Source of the DNA: a bacterium
GTDB lineage: Bacteria; UBA8248
Direction: 5' to 3'
DNA: 64,000 bases
NCBI GenBank assembly: GCA_965221165.1
Contig: CBDCRP010000003.1
Location: forward strand, 1,504,001 to 1,568,000
Shown here: positions 10,555-20,534 of the stretch, in pieces
How the letters are laid out: every line of letters begins with the position of its first letter
Numbering within the stretch: the first letter of the stretch is position 1
Made by a program: the position numbers and the translations under genes
Notes under the pieces: generated by a model
The model's input: the letters and a program-made list of their open reading frames with translations, nothing else
Databases searched by the model: none
What the model was told of the DNA's origin: nothing

Positions 10555-11556
10555 TCATCGGTTCGCCTCGGCCATGACGATTCGCTGCATCTCGTATTCC
10601 TCATCCGGCACGAGCCCCGGAATCGGCTTGCCCTCCAAGAAGCACAAGACGTTCTCCGTCGCGTCCAGTTCCATCTGCAGGCGCGCGGAGCGCGCGCGCG
10701 CGCCGAGATGCGCGGTGAGGATGCAGTTGGGCGCTCCCACGAGAGTTCCCCGGTAGGGTTCTTCCGGGAAAACGTCGATCCCGGCACCCCCCAGGTGGCC
10801 CGAGCGCAGTGCGCGGGCGAGCGCCTCGTCGTCCACGATGACGCCCCGGGCCGTGTTGATGAGAAAAGCGCCTTTATTCATCATCGCAATCTCCTCTTCA
10901 CCCATCATGTGGATGGTCGCCGGCGTGGCGGGAACGTGTAAGGAGAGGGCGTCGGCCCGCCGGTAAATCTCTTCTTTCTCCATCCAGGCCACGCCGTAGC
11001 GCTCGCCGAATTCCGCATCGGGCGCCAGGTCGTTCGCGATGATTTTCGCCCCGAAACCGGATACGTGGCGTATCACCCGCTTGCCGATGCGCCCCACGCC
11101 GATGACGCCCAGGGTGATCTCATCGAGCGTCCGGCCCATGTACTGGAGCCACTCGCCGCGCAAGAGCGCGTTGTGGGAGTGATGCACGCCGCGTAAGAGC
11201 GAGAGCAGATGGCTCAACGTCAGTTCCGCCACGGCTTCCGAGTTGGCCCCGGGGGTGTTCGCAACCAGTATGTTTCGCTCGCGCGCAGCGTTCAGATCCA
11301 CCGTTTCGAGACCCACCGTGGCGCGCGATATGAACCGCAGCCCCTTGGCCAAATCCAGTATCCTCGGCGTGAAAGGCTCGAGCCCCGCAATGACGGCGTC
11401 GAAACCGCCGGAAATCATCTCGGCGAATTCGTCCTCGTTCGGCCGCTTGCCCAGCGTATTGCGCACGTAGTCCAAACCTGCGCTTTTGAGCATCTCGATG
11501 GGCTTCGGGTCAATCTCCCCAAACGGCGTTGTGGAGACGAGTACGCGCGGAGCCAT
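10555..11556 (-). CDS. D-isomer-specific 2-hydroxyacid (phosphoglycerate) dehydrogenase family
   Basis: GVGRIG, LHVP, INTARG, DVFPEEP, TAHLGA. Confidence 0.9.
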   Translation of the reverse strand: MAPRVLVSTTPFGEIDPKPIEMLKSAGLDYVRNTLGKRPNEDEFAEMISGGFDAVIAGLEPFTPRILDLAKGLRFISRATVGLETVDLNAARERNILVANTPGANSEAVAELTLSHLLSLLRGVHHSHNALLRGEWLQYMGRTLDEITLGVIGVGRIGKRVIRHVSGFGAKIIANDLAPDAEFGERYGVAWMEKEEIYRRADALSLHVPATPATIHMMGEEEIAMMNKGAFLINTARGVIVDDEALARALRSGHLGGAGIDVFPEEPYRGTLVGAPNCILTAHLGARARSARLQMELDATENVLCFLEGKPIPGLVPDEEYEMQRIVMAEANR

Positions 11557-11932
11557 GATTAATCTCCCAAAAACTTGAGGATAACGAGCCAGTCTTGTTT
11601 CGCGGCTGGTGCAAGAATTATCTCAATGGGTTAAAGTATGAAAAACCCAGCGGAGATTACATGCCCCGGTGAAGCGCTGTCAAACTCAAGGGGGCATCTG
11701 ATAGGATCGGTGTTCATCCATCTGGCTGAGAAATGATGCCTGCTCTCGCGGGGCGCAATTACACCGCAAGAGTGAGCGGGTGAAGCAATGCGAGAACACA
11801 ATACCGGGATATAGAGATAAAGATGCGTTGAACAAAAGATGCGTCGGGCATGTCCTCCCGCTCGGCCCTGGGAACAACGCCGTCTGGATGATCGAGGTGA
11901 AGCGCTTTTCGCCTCGATGAACAGGAGGAAAA

Positions 11933-13156
11933 ATGATGGGTTCCATTACCGCGGCGAGTGAGTCATACGAAACGCTGATGGATCTGAAATACGACAAACA
12001 GATCATCGACAAAATCAAGGCCCTCACGCCACAGATGGCCGAGATGGCGGCTGAAATCGACCGCGAAGGCCGCTTCCCCACCGAGAACTACAAATTACTC
12101 ACCGACGCGGGCCTGAACGCCCTTTGCATCCCCGAAGAATGGGGCGGCTCGGGTGCGAATTCCCTCACCTACAACATGGCGCTCGCAGAACTGGGCAAGG
12201 CGTGCGCCTCCACCGCCCTCACCTGGAACATGCACCAGACCTCCGTGAGCCTTTTCTTCGCCCTGGCGAACGAGGAGCAGAAAAAACGCGTGCTGCCCGA
12301 CATCGTCGAGAACGGAAAGCTCTTCTCCTCCGTCACGGCGGAACGCGGCATGAGCTTCCGCCACCTCGTGACGCTCAAGTCCATCTTCTCTCCCGTCGAG
12401 GGCGGCTACCGCCTGAGCGGCAGGAAGATTTCCGCCTCGATAGGCGAGCACGCCGATTATTACTTCACCACCGGGTTCCTCGAGGGGAAAAAAACCGCAG
12501 CGGAGGCCATCATGACCGCCGTGCTCCACAAGGATTACGGAGGCTCGTCCGTACAAGTGGTGTGGGACACGATGTCGATGCGGGGAACGGCGAGTGACGA
12601 CATCATCTTCGAGGATACCTTCGTGCCGAACGAGGACATCCTGGGGGGTGAGAACTTCATCGGCGCGCTGGGGAAAATCGACATCACCATGTTCCACCTC
12701 GGGTTTTCCGCCGCCTATCTGGGCATCGCCGAAGGAGCCTACGATCATCTGGTGGAGTATGTGAGAACGACGCAATACGCGCCCAACCCCGAGCCGCTGA
12801 GCCACAACGAGATGTACCAGAGCAGCATCGGCGAGTTGAGCTCCGAAATCAGAGCCGCGCGAATGCTCCTCTACGAGGCATGTCACGTGAAAGAACAAGG
12901 CGACGGCATGGCGAACCAGAACACGGTGAAAACCGTCATGCAGTCCAAATACATCTCGTGCGAGGCCTGCGCCAAGGTGGTACAGCACGCGATGCGGCTC
13001 GTGGGGGGCCGCTCCATCGCGCGACGCTATCCGTTCGAGCGATTCTACAGGGAGGGCATCACCGGCGTGGTCATGCCGCCTTCGAATTCGCGCTGCATCG
13101 AGGTGGCCGGCTGCATCGAATGCGGGATCACCGGCATGATACTGCAATACGGCTAG
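11933..13156 (+). CDS. Acyl-CoA dehydrogenase-fold flavoprotein
   Basis: IPEEWGG, CASTAL..NMH, LSGRK, WDTMSMRGTAS, ERFYRE; AGGAGG RBS. Confidence 0.88.
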   Translation: MMGSITAASESYETLMDLKYDKQIIDKIKALTPQMAEMAAEIDREGRFPTENYKLLTDAGLNALCIPEEWGGSGANSLTYNMALAELGKACASTALTWNMHQTSVSLFFALANEEQKKRVLPDIVENGKLFSSVTAERGMSFRHLVTLKSIFSPVEGGYRLSGRKISASIGEHADYYFTTGFLEGKKTAAEAIMTAVLHKDYGGSSVQVVWDTMSMRGTASDDIIFEDTFVPNEDILGGENFIGALGKIDITMFHLGFSAAYLGIAEGAYDHLVEYVRTTQYAPNPEPLSHNEMYQSSIGELSSEIRAARMLLYEACHVKEQGDGMANQNTVKTVMQSKYISCEACAKVVQHAMRLVGGRSIARRYPFERFYREGITGVVMPPSNSRCIEVAGCIECGITGMILQYG

Positions 13157-13338
13157 GGCGCATCTGTTCCACCGCATGGCACGCACTGATTGGGGCATAC
13201 TTCGTCCGGTAGAAGTTTCCAGGTGTCCGAGTAACGGAAATATGGACCACGGCAATTGAACCCTGGAGGAATGATTACCGGGAGCGGTTCCGTCAGTACA
13301 CGGCCGACATCTATAGCGCTATCTAAAAAGGCTTTCAT
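13153..13338 (-). pseudogene. Probable 5' fragment of a radical SAM gene
   Basis: GGAGGT RBS + ATG; 61-aa ORF ending just after CPNQCVPC (CxxxCxxC) where it meets the convergent ACAD stop. Confidence 0.45.
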
Positions 13339-13506
13339 TCGCCACCTCCCCGGTTAGGAGTGAACATAAGAGAGTTGGTAGTTTGAACAATTTGATATAA
13401 TGACATACTCCCTATGTACCAACCGGCACACGTTAGCCCGGCGCGAGCCGTGGCATCAACTGTTTTTCCGGAACCGATTCGGCGCCGCGATCAGGAATAA
13501 CAAGTC

Positions 13507-13851
13507 TTACTCCAGCAACGAAATGGGACGGCGGCCGGCGAACCCCGTTTCGTAGCGGTGAAAATGTTCGATGTCGATCTCGCCGAGCATCCAACAGTAA
13601 TAATAGCCGTCTCCCGAATCGAAATCCGCCAGCCACAAGCCTTTGACTTCCACCCCGAGGTTTCTGACGGCCTTAACCCACTCGCCAACCGCGTCATTCA
13701 TGAGTCCTTCGAGGCGCTTGACATCGTCCGACTCTTCGATGTTTTCCAGTTGTTCGCGCATCTCTTCAACGATATCGTAGTAATGCTGCGTTACTTCCTT
13801 GACCTGCGGCAGCAGGGCACGGGCTTCCTGCAGCGTAAAGATAGCCATCAT
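13507..13851 (-). CDS. DUF2203 family protein
   Basis: FTLQEARALLP...GVEVKGLWLADF...YYCW.LGE..I.HFH.YETGFAGR. Confidence 0.88.
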   Translation of the reverse strand: MMAIFTLQEARALLPQVKEVTQHYYDIVEEMREQLENIEESDDVKRLEGLMNDAVGEWVKAVRNLGVEVKGLWLADFDSGDGYYYCWMLGEIDIEHFHRYETGFAGRRPISLLE

Positions 13852-13968
13852 GGTTCCTTTGCAATACGGCCGGGGTTTATCTGCTCCTTCCGGGGACACT
13901 CCAGCCCCAAAAAGCCAAGCGGACGCGGGCCGCTTTCGTGAGACGCCCGCCCTTTGAACGGGGTTTTC

Positions 13969-15129
13969 TCACCCTCCACGCCGCTGCGAGAATTTTCTCC
14001 CGAAAATGCCAGAGGCAATCACGTTGCGCTGCGCCTGGGTGGTGCCGCCGCCGATGGTGAACATGCGCACGTCGCGCGCCATGCGCTCGATCGGCAAATC
14101 GCGCGAATAGCCCGCCGCCCCGAAAATCTGGAGCGCATCGTTCGTCACTTTAATGGAGGCTTCCGCCGAAAACGTCTTGGCGATGGCGGCCAGGTGCATG
14201 TCTGGAAAACCCGTTTTGGGGTCTTGCTGCACCGCCGCCCGGTGGAGCAGGAGCCGAGCGGCGTCTAGTTGAATGCGCCCATCCGCCAGAATCCACTGAA
14301 GCCCCTGGAACTCGGATATCGGGCGGCCGAACTGCTCGCGTTTTTTCGCGTATTCCACCGCCTGGGCGAAGGCGCCCTCGGCAAGGCCCAAGGCCACCGT
14401 GCCTGCCCCCACCCGCTGGGCGTTGTAGGCGGCCATCAGGCGACCGAAGCCCACCGTCACCAGGTTTTCCCGGGGCACGCGGCAGTTCTCAAAAATCTCC
14501 TCGCTCTCGGGGATTCCCCGCAAGCCCATCATGAAGGCGCGCTCCCCGATACGGAAGCCCTCGGCACCCAACTCCACGATCAGGGCGCCGATTCCCTGCT
14601 CGTCCCCCCCGTGCACCACGCGGGCGAACACGAGGTTGATGTGGGAGACGCCTGCGCCGGTAATCCACTTCTTCTTGCCGTTCAGGATGTACTCATCGCC
14701 GTCGAGCACGGCCCGCGTCGTCATATCCGTGGCGGCGCTTCCCGCCTCGGGCTCGGTGATGACGATGGCGGGCTTGTCCCCCCCGAGCACCATGGGCAGA
14801 TATTTTTTCTTCTGCTCTTCGGTACCGTACCGGATAATGGCCCCCACAACGCCCATGTTGCTGTCCACCACGATGCGCCCCGTGATGCCGCAGACCTTGG
14901 CCATCTCCTCGACCACCAGAACGGCCTCTATCAGCGGACGCTCGGGGCCGCCGAATTCCTTAGGGATATTCATGCCCATGAAGCCCGCTTCGGCCAGAAT
15001 CTTGGCGTTCTCCCAGGGATATTCCTCGGTCCGGTCCCAAAACGCCGCCCTGGGTTCTATCTTGCTCGCCGCGATTTCGCGGGCTTTTTGCCGGATTTCT
15101 CTCTGAGAGTCCGTGAGGTCGAATTTCAC
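13969..15129 (-). CDS. acd: 3-sulfinopropionyl-CoA desulfinase-like acyl-CoA dehydrogenase
   Basis: EEYPWEN, GRIVVDSNMG, GDKPAI..TEP.AGSAA, MGLRGIPE, LMAAYNAQRVGAG and RMFTIGGGT recall Advenella/Variovorax Acd desulfinases (from memory); no catalytic Glu. Confidence 0.75.
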   Translation of the reverse strand: MKFDLTDSQREIRQKAREIAASKIEPRAAFWDRTEEYPWENAKILAEAGFMGMNIPKEFGGPERPLIEAVLVVEEMAKVCGITGRIVVDSNMGVVGAIIRYGTEEQKKKYLPMVLGGDKPAIVITEPEAGSAATDMTTRAVLDGDEYILNGKKKWITGAGVSHINLVFARVVHGGDEQGIGALIVELGAEGFRIGERAFMMGLRGIPESEEIFENCRVPRENLVTVGFGRLMAAYNAQRVGAGTVALGLAEGAFAQAVEYAKKREQFGRPISEFQGLQWILADGRIQLDAARLLLHRAAVQQDPKTGFPDMHLAAIAKTFSAEASIKVTNDALQIFGAAGYSRDLPIERMARDVRMFTIGGGTTQAQRNVIASGIFGRKFSQRRGG

Positions 15130-15242
15130 CGCCGCCTCCTTTCAGGTGAAGGTGGAGCGAAGGATCAGGAGAATCCGTTATGCAACGACTCGCCCGAGGC
15201 GCGCAAGGCGGGGACGGGAACGATCCCTATGGAGTAAGGGAG

Positions 15243-15440
15243 GAGCGGACATGCGTGCCACCCAAAACACGAAATGAGCACGAACGGGGCAACCCCGAGG
15301 AATTGTAGTAGGGACAACCCTTTTGGGTTGTCCTGCCCCCCGTGGTTGTCCCTCCTTGGGATGGATGCGATCAGGACAGGCACAGGGCTACGGAGTTCAA
15401 TACCTTTGCCCGGAAAATCCTCACTCCCCTCTACAGGGGG
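15243..15440. repeat. REP-like palindrome cluster
   Basis: GTAG-GGACAACCC-tttt-GGGTTGTCC (15308-15333) plus degenerate GGACAGGC and GCGGAC copies. Confidence 0.75.
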
Positions 15441-15477
15441 AACAGCAGCGCGCGAACACGCCTCCAGAGCACATCCC

Positions 15478-16233
15478 TTACTTTCCCTGGAAACGCGGCG
15501 TTCTCTTCTCCTTGAAGGCGCGCACGCCTTCCTCGGCGTCTTCGGTCTCCAGGATGCGTTTTAAGATCACGTCGCCGAAGCGCAGGGCGTCCTCCATCGT
15601 CATGTCGCGCGCGCGGACGGTAATCTCCTTGATTGCGCGCACCGCCAGGGGCGCGTTCGCCAGCACCCGGCGCGCGATTTTCTCCGTCTCCTCCAAGACT
15701 TTTTCCCTGGGCACGACCTTGTTCACCAAGCCGAGCCTGAGCGCGTCTTCGGCGTCGATGGACTCGCCGGTGAACAGATGGTAGTGGGCGAGGTTGAAGG
15801 GCAACAGCTTCGCCAGCAGAATCGGCCCGCTCACCGAGGAGATGCCGCGCACCACCTGTGGCCAGCCGAGCCAAGCGTCTTCCGCCATCACGCGCACGTC
15901 GCAGGAGAGCGCGATGCCTGCCCCGCCCGCCAGACAGACCCCGTTAATCGCCGCGAAGCACGGTTTATAGAGTTCCATGATGACCTGGTAGAGGTCGGAG
16001 ACGGGTTTGACTTCCCTGCCTTCGGGGGGCGGCTCCGTGAGGTCATGGCCGCTAGAAAACGCCTTACCCTCGCCCGTTATCAAACAGCCCCAAACGCCGG
16101 GGTCGCGCTCCATCTCGGCGAAGAGCGAAAAAATGCGCTCGCTCATCTCGTGGTTGATCGCGTTCACCTTCTCCGGCCTGTTCAGCGTGATGCAGGCCAG
16201 CTTGTCCCTCACCTCATATTCGACCAGCGCCAT
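15478..16233 (-). CDS. Enoyl-CoA hydratase/isomerase (crotonase) family
   Basis: TLNRPEKVNA, AFSSGHDL, AAING.CLAGG, AFKEKR.P.F. Confidence 0.92.
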   Translation of the reverse strand: MALVEYEVRDKLACITLNRPEKVNAINHEMSERIFSLFAEMERDPGVWGCLITGEGKAFSSGHDLTEPPPEGREVKPVSDLYQVIMELYKPCFAAINGVCLAGGAGIALSCDVRVMAEDAWLGWPQVVRGISSVSGPILLAKLLPFNLAHYHLFTGESIDAEDALRLGLVNKVVPREKVLEETEKIARRVLANAPLAVRAIKEITVRARDMTMEDALRFGDVILKRILETEDAEEGVRAFKEKRTPRFQGK

Positions 16234-16256
16234 GTCATCCTCTCGATTACGTGCGT

Positions 16257-17045
16257 CTAGCCGCCCGGCAGATGCGGCATCAGCTCACTGAGCGTTTTCA
16301 CTTCCAAATCCGCCGTCACGTCCGGATCCCCCGCTATCATGCCCCAGCGGTTCACCCACACGGTGGCCATACCCACGTTCTGGCCGCCGGCGATGTCCGT
16401 CCTCAGGTTGTCTCCCACCATGACGGCCTGGCCCGCGTCTACGTCCAGTTCCCTGAGCGCCTCCTCGAAAAGGAAAGGCTCGGGTTTTCCGAAAAAAACC
16501 GGCTCCCTTCCCGCCGCCGCCCGCACCGACGCCATGATGGCGCCCCCGCCAAGTGAGAACGAGCCGTCCTCGCTCGGCAGACGCACGTCGGGGTTCATGG
16601 CGACGAAATGCGCGCCCCGGCTCACCGCCCGCGCGGCGGCGCTCAGCGTCTGATAGGTGAGGTCCTCGTCCAGACCGACGACGACGACGTCGGCCGCATC
16701 TTCCTCCTCCCGGCCCACTATCTCAAAACCACCCGATGCGACCGCGCTTTTGAGCGAATCCGTCCCCAGCACGTACGCCCGGCCCGGCCCATAGTTCTTT
16801 CTCAAGAACGAATCGATGCGATCCAGCGCGGCCACGATGAGGTTCTCCCCCGGGTCCAGACCTATCCCCGCCATGTGGGTGCGGATCTCCGCAGCCGTGC
16901 TGCGGCTGATGTTCGTGATGAAGCGATGGGGGAGATTTCTCCCCTTGATGGCGCGCATCAACTCCACCCCGCCGGGCATCACCTCGTCCCCGGCGAAGAA
17001 AACTCCTTCCAGGTCGAACACGAAAGCCTTTTTGTCATGAAACAT
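16257..17045 (-). CDS. HAD-IIA (NagD-like) hydrolase
   Basis: FDLEGV, ITN, NPD, GKP, MVGDNLRTDI. Confidence 0.88.
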   Translation of the reverse strand: MFHDKKAFVFDLEGVFFAGDEVMPGGVELMRAIKGRNLPHRFITNISRSTAAEIRTHMAGIGLDPGENLIVAALDRIDSFLRKNYGPGRAYVLGTDSLKSAVASGGFEIVGREEEDAADVVVVGLDEDLTYQTLSAAARAVSRGAHFVAMNPDVRLPSEDGSFSLGGGAIMASVRAAAGREPVFFGKPEPFLFEEALRELDVDAGQAVMVGDNLRTDIAGGQNVGMATVWVNRWGMIAGDPDVTADLEVKTLSELMPHLPGG

Positions 17046-17054
17046 GACGGCCTC

Positions 17055-18248
17055 TTATATCGCCTTGCGCTCTTTTAACCGCTCGATTTCCTCATCGCCC
17101 AGACCAAGCACTTCCTTGAGCACTTCCTCGGTGTGCTCGCCCATCAGGGGAGGCGGCGAAGGGGCGGCCCCCCACGTACCCTCCATCTTGACGGGCGTGT
17201 TGAACGTCTGCATCTCGCCGAGTTCGGGATGGGTCATCTCCACCACCATCTCTCGCGCGCGCGTCTGGGGATCGTTCAGCGCCTCGTCGATGCTCTGAAT
17301 CGGCCCGCAGGGAACGCCGTGCGCCTCGATTTTCTCTATCCAGTGCGCGGCGGTGTCCGTCTTGTAGACTTCCGAGAGTTTCGCGTCCACGTATTCGCGG
17401 TTCTCGAGGCGGGTCGGCCTATCCTTCATCCTGGGGTCGTCCTTCCATTCGGGACGGCCCAGCGCGTCGCAGAGACTCTGGAAGAAATGATCCAGAATGG
17501 CGTCGAGCACCAGCCATTTGCCGTCTCCGCACTGGTATGCGCCGATGGGAACGGCGGATGCGTGTCCCGTGCCCATCGGCTCGGCCACGTCGCCCGCCGT
17601 CAGATAGTATTGCGAGCGGTAGCTTGCGAGGTACAACTGGCTATCGAGGAGCGAGACGTCCACTTTCTGGCCGACGCCCGTCTTCTCGCGCTTGTAGAGG
17701 GCCGCCAGAATCCCGTGGGCCACGAACAGACCCCCGCCCATGTCTCCCATGGGCACGCCCAGGCGCACGGGCGGCCTGCCCGGCTCGCCGGTGAAGCTCA
17801 TGATTCCGCCGCGCCCCTGGATGATGAGGTCGAGAGCGGGCTTGTCCTTTTGGGGACCGGTGAGTCCGTAGCCCGTGACGGAGGCGCTGATGATGCGGGG
17901 ATTCACCTTTTTGAGCGTTTCATAGTCCGCGCCCAGACGCTCCAGGACGCCGGGGCGGTAGTTGTCATACACGACGTCGGAGCATTTCACCATCTCGCAA
18001 AAGACGCGGTAGCCCTCCTCGTCCTTCAGGTTCAGAAAAATGCCCCGCTTGTTCCTGTTCAGGGCGATGAAGTAGGCGCTCGTCTCCCCCACGTAGTGGG
18101 GCGGCATCGTGCGGACGAGGTCGCCCCGGCCCGGCATTTCTATCTTGATGACGTCCGCGCCCAGATCGGCCAGCACCATGCTGCCGTAAGGACCGGCGAG
18201 CAAAGCGGATAAGTCGAGTATTCGCACGCCCTCCAGCGGCTTTCCCAA
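17055..18248 (-). CDS. Family III CoA-transferase (CaiB/BaiF)
   Basis: LEGVRILDLS..LAGPY, ADLGADVIKIE, NRNKR, NYRPG, catalytic D in MGDMGGG. Confidence 0.93.
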   Translation of the reverse strand: MGKPLEGVRILDLSALLAGPYGSMVLADLGADVIKIEMPGRGDLVRTMPPHYVGETSAYFIALNRNKRGIFLNLKDEEGYRVFCEMVKCSDVVYDNYRPGVLERLGADYETLKKVNPRIISASVTGYGLTGPQKDKPALDLIIQGRGGIMSFTGEPGRPPVRLGVPMGDMGGGLFVAHGILAALYKREKTGVGQKVDVSLLDSQLYLASYRSQYYLTAGDVAEPMGTGHASAVPIGAYQCGDGKWLVLDAILDHFFQSLCDALGRPEWKDDPRMKDRPTRLENREYVDAKLSEVYKTDTAAHWIEKIEAHGVPCGPIQSIDEALNDPQTRAREMVVEMTHPELGEMQTFNTPVKMEGTWGAAPSPPPLMGEHTEEVLKEVLGLGDEEIERLKERKAI

Positions 18249-18281
18249 AACTCATTCCCCCACAAAAAAGATACGCCGCCG

Positions 18282-18695
18282 CTAGGCCGCGCCGGCTGCT
18301 GCGTTATTCCTGATGTACGAAACGATTTCCGCCATGTCCGCATGGTGGTTGAAGACTTCGGCGACGCCTAAGGATTTGAGCTCCGCCACGTCGCGCTCGA
18401 GAATGTTCCCACCTAAGATGACGAGGCAATCATCAAGGCCCTCTTCGGCCAATCTGGCCATGAGCCTGCGCGCGATCCCCATATAAGAGCCCGAGAGCAC
18501 GCTCAGGCCGATGACGTCCACGTTCTCCTGAATCGCGACGGCGACTATCTGCGCATCCGTTTGCCTGAGGCCCGAGTAGATCACCTCCATGCCGGCGTCC
18601 CTGAGCGCGTGGATGATTACCTTCACGCCCCGATCGTGGCCATCGAGGCCCGGCTTCGCCATCAGCACCCGTATGCGCTTCTCGGTTCTCGCCAT
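18282..18695 (-). CDS. Acyl-CoA mutase small subunit (cobalamin-binding)
   Basis: AKPGLDGHDRG (DxHxxG), GLS.LSG, ILGG. Confidence 0.93.
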   Translation of the reverse strand: MARTEKRIRVLMAKPGLDGHDRGVKVIIHALRDAGMEVIYSGLRQTDAQIVAVAIQENVDVIGLSVLSGSYMGIARRLMARLAEEGLDDCLVILGGNILERDVAELKSLGVAEVFNHHADMAEIVSYIRNNAAAGAA

Positions 18696-20344
18696 CAGAC
18701 GACCGAAGGCTCTCTATAGGAACCAAACACGCCGCGCATCACCTCCGTCATCTCCCCCACGGTGAGGCGCGCGCGGGCGGCCTCCATCAAACAAGGCACG
18801 AGATTCTCTTTCGACTCGCACGCTCTTTGTAGTTTCTCAAGCTGCGCGTCCACCTCAGCCTTATCGCGGGCGGCCTTCACCTGCGCAAGCCGCGCCTTTT
18901 GTTTTTCGAGCGTCGAATCGTCCATCTCGTAGAGGCCCTCGCCCGCGCTCATGCGGTCTTCCTCCTCGGAGGTGAACTTGTTCACGCCCACCCATACCTG
19001 CTCGCCTTCGGTGATCTTGCGCTGGTGCTCATAGGCCTGCCTCGCGAGCAGCCTTTGAATCTCGCCGCTCTCGATAAAGGGGACGATTCCGCCGCGCGAC
19101 TCGTAATCATCCACGATGGACTGAATCTCCTCTTCCACCTGATCCGTTACCGACTCGATCGCGAAGCTGCCCGCCAGCGGGTCCACCGTGTCGGCCACGC
19201 CGCTCTCATGCGCGATGACCTGCTGAATCCGGAGAGCCGTGCGGATGGACTCGTCCGAGGGAATCTCAAAGGCCTCATCGAAACACGCCATGTTCACCGA
19301 GCGCGTGCCGCCCAGCACGGCGGCGAGGGTAAAGAGCGTCTGGCGCACGATGTTGTTGAGCGGCTCGCGCGCCGCCATTCGGCTGCCGCAATTGCCGGTC
19401 GAGAACTTAAGCTGCATGGTCCTGGGGTTTTTCGCGCCGTATTTCTCCTTCATCGTGCGCGCCCATATCCGCCGCGCGGCGCGCAGCTTGCCGACCGATT
19501 CGAGCAGATTGAACGGCCCCACGCCTCCGCCGACGGAGAGGTGGAACGACATGGTGGGCACGAAATCATCCACGTGGAGGCCGCGCCCGGTGAGTTCCCG
19601 AATGTAGGCCAGGGCGTTCAGTATGGGGAAGGCCACGTCCTGCGCGAGGGTGGCGCCGGTTTCCGCGATGTGGGTGGCGGAGACGCTGATGGCGTTCACG
19701 CGCGGGCAGTGCCTCGCGTTGTACTCGATGACGTCGGCCACGAGGCGCATGGAGGGTCTTGGGGGGAATATCCAGGTGCCCCGGCCAATGTATTCCTTGA
19801 GCATGTCGTTCTGGAAGGTGCCGCGCAGCTTATCCAGCCCGACTCCCTGGCGCTCTGCGGCGATGAGCCAGAACGCCTGGATGACGGCGGCGGTGGAGTT
19901 GATGGTGTGCGAGACGCTCACCTTATCGAGCGGTATCCCGTCAAAAACGTCCGCCATGTCCCCGACGGTGTCCACGGCGACGCCCAGACGGCCCACGTCG
20001 TCCTGAGCGGCCTCGTCGTCCGAGTCGAGGCCAAGTTGCGTGGGCAGATCATAAGCCATAGAGAGGCCCGTCTGGCCGTTTCCGAGCAGAAAGTGAAACC
20101 GCGCGTTGGTATCCGCCGAGGTGGAAAAACCCGCGTACTGGCGCATCGTCCAGAGCGAACCCCGGTACATCGTGGGGTAGATGCCCCGCGTGTAGGGGTA
20201 TTCTCCCGGCGCGCCGAGTTTTTCCCGATACGCCTCATCCGGCGCGTCGGGCCCGTAGACCACGGGCACGGGCTTGCCCGAGTTATAGGCCGCCTCGCGG
20301 ACGGGACGCTCTTTTTTCGCGCCGTTATCCCCGGCCTTCGCCAT
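18695..20344 (-). CDS. Acyl-CoA mutase large subunit (methylmalonyl-CoA mutase family, N-terminal barrel only)
   Basis: PGEYPYTRGIY..MY...WTMRQYAGF, GLS.AYDLPTQ, GT.QND.LKEY, DPLAGS. Confidence 0.93.
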   Translation of the reverse strand: MAKAGDNGAKKERPVREAAYNSGKPVPVVYGPDAPDEAYREKLGAPGEYPYTRGIYPTMYRGSLWTMRQYAGFSTSADTNARFHFLLGNGQTGLSMAYDLPTQLGLDSDDEAAQDDVGRLGVAVDTVGDMADVFDGIPLDKVSVSHTINSTAAVIQAFWLIAAERQGVGLDKLRGTFQNDMLKEYIGRGTWIFPPRPSMRLVADVIEYNARHCPRVNAISVSATHIAETGATLAQDVAFPILNALAYIRELTGRGLHVDDFVPTMSFHLSVGGGVGPFNLLESVGKLRAARRIWARTMKEKYGAKNPRTMQLKFSTGNCGSRMAAREPLNNIVRQTLFTLAAVLGGTRSVNMACFDEAFEIPSDESIRTALRIQQVIAHESGVADTVDPLAGSFAIESVTDQVEEEIQSIVDDYESRGGIVPFIESGEIQRLLARQAYEHQRKITEGEQVWVGVNKFTSEEEDRMSAGEGLYEMDDSTLEKQKARLAQVKAARDKAEVDAQLEKLQRACESKENLVPCLMEAARARLTVGEMTEVMRGVFGSYREPSVV

Positions 20345-20534
20345 CGTTCACCCCTGCGCAAACGAATAGAGAAACCACTCTCAAGTGAGAACGGAAAGGA
20401 GAAGAATCTTCTTCTTACTGATTATCATACTCTCCCCCCAAGGCCAACGAGATCACCCGCGCCCATTGACCCGGGGAGCCTCGGCGGAGAGAATCGGGGA
20501 AAATACGACACCCCAAAATGAGGAGAACCGACAC

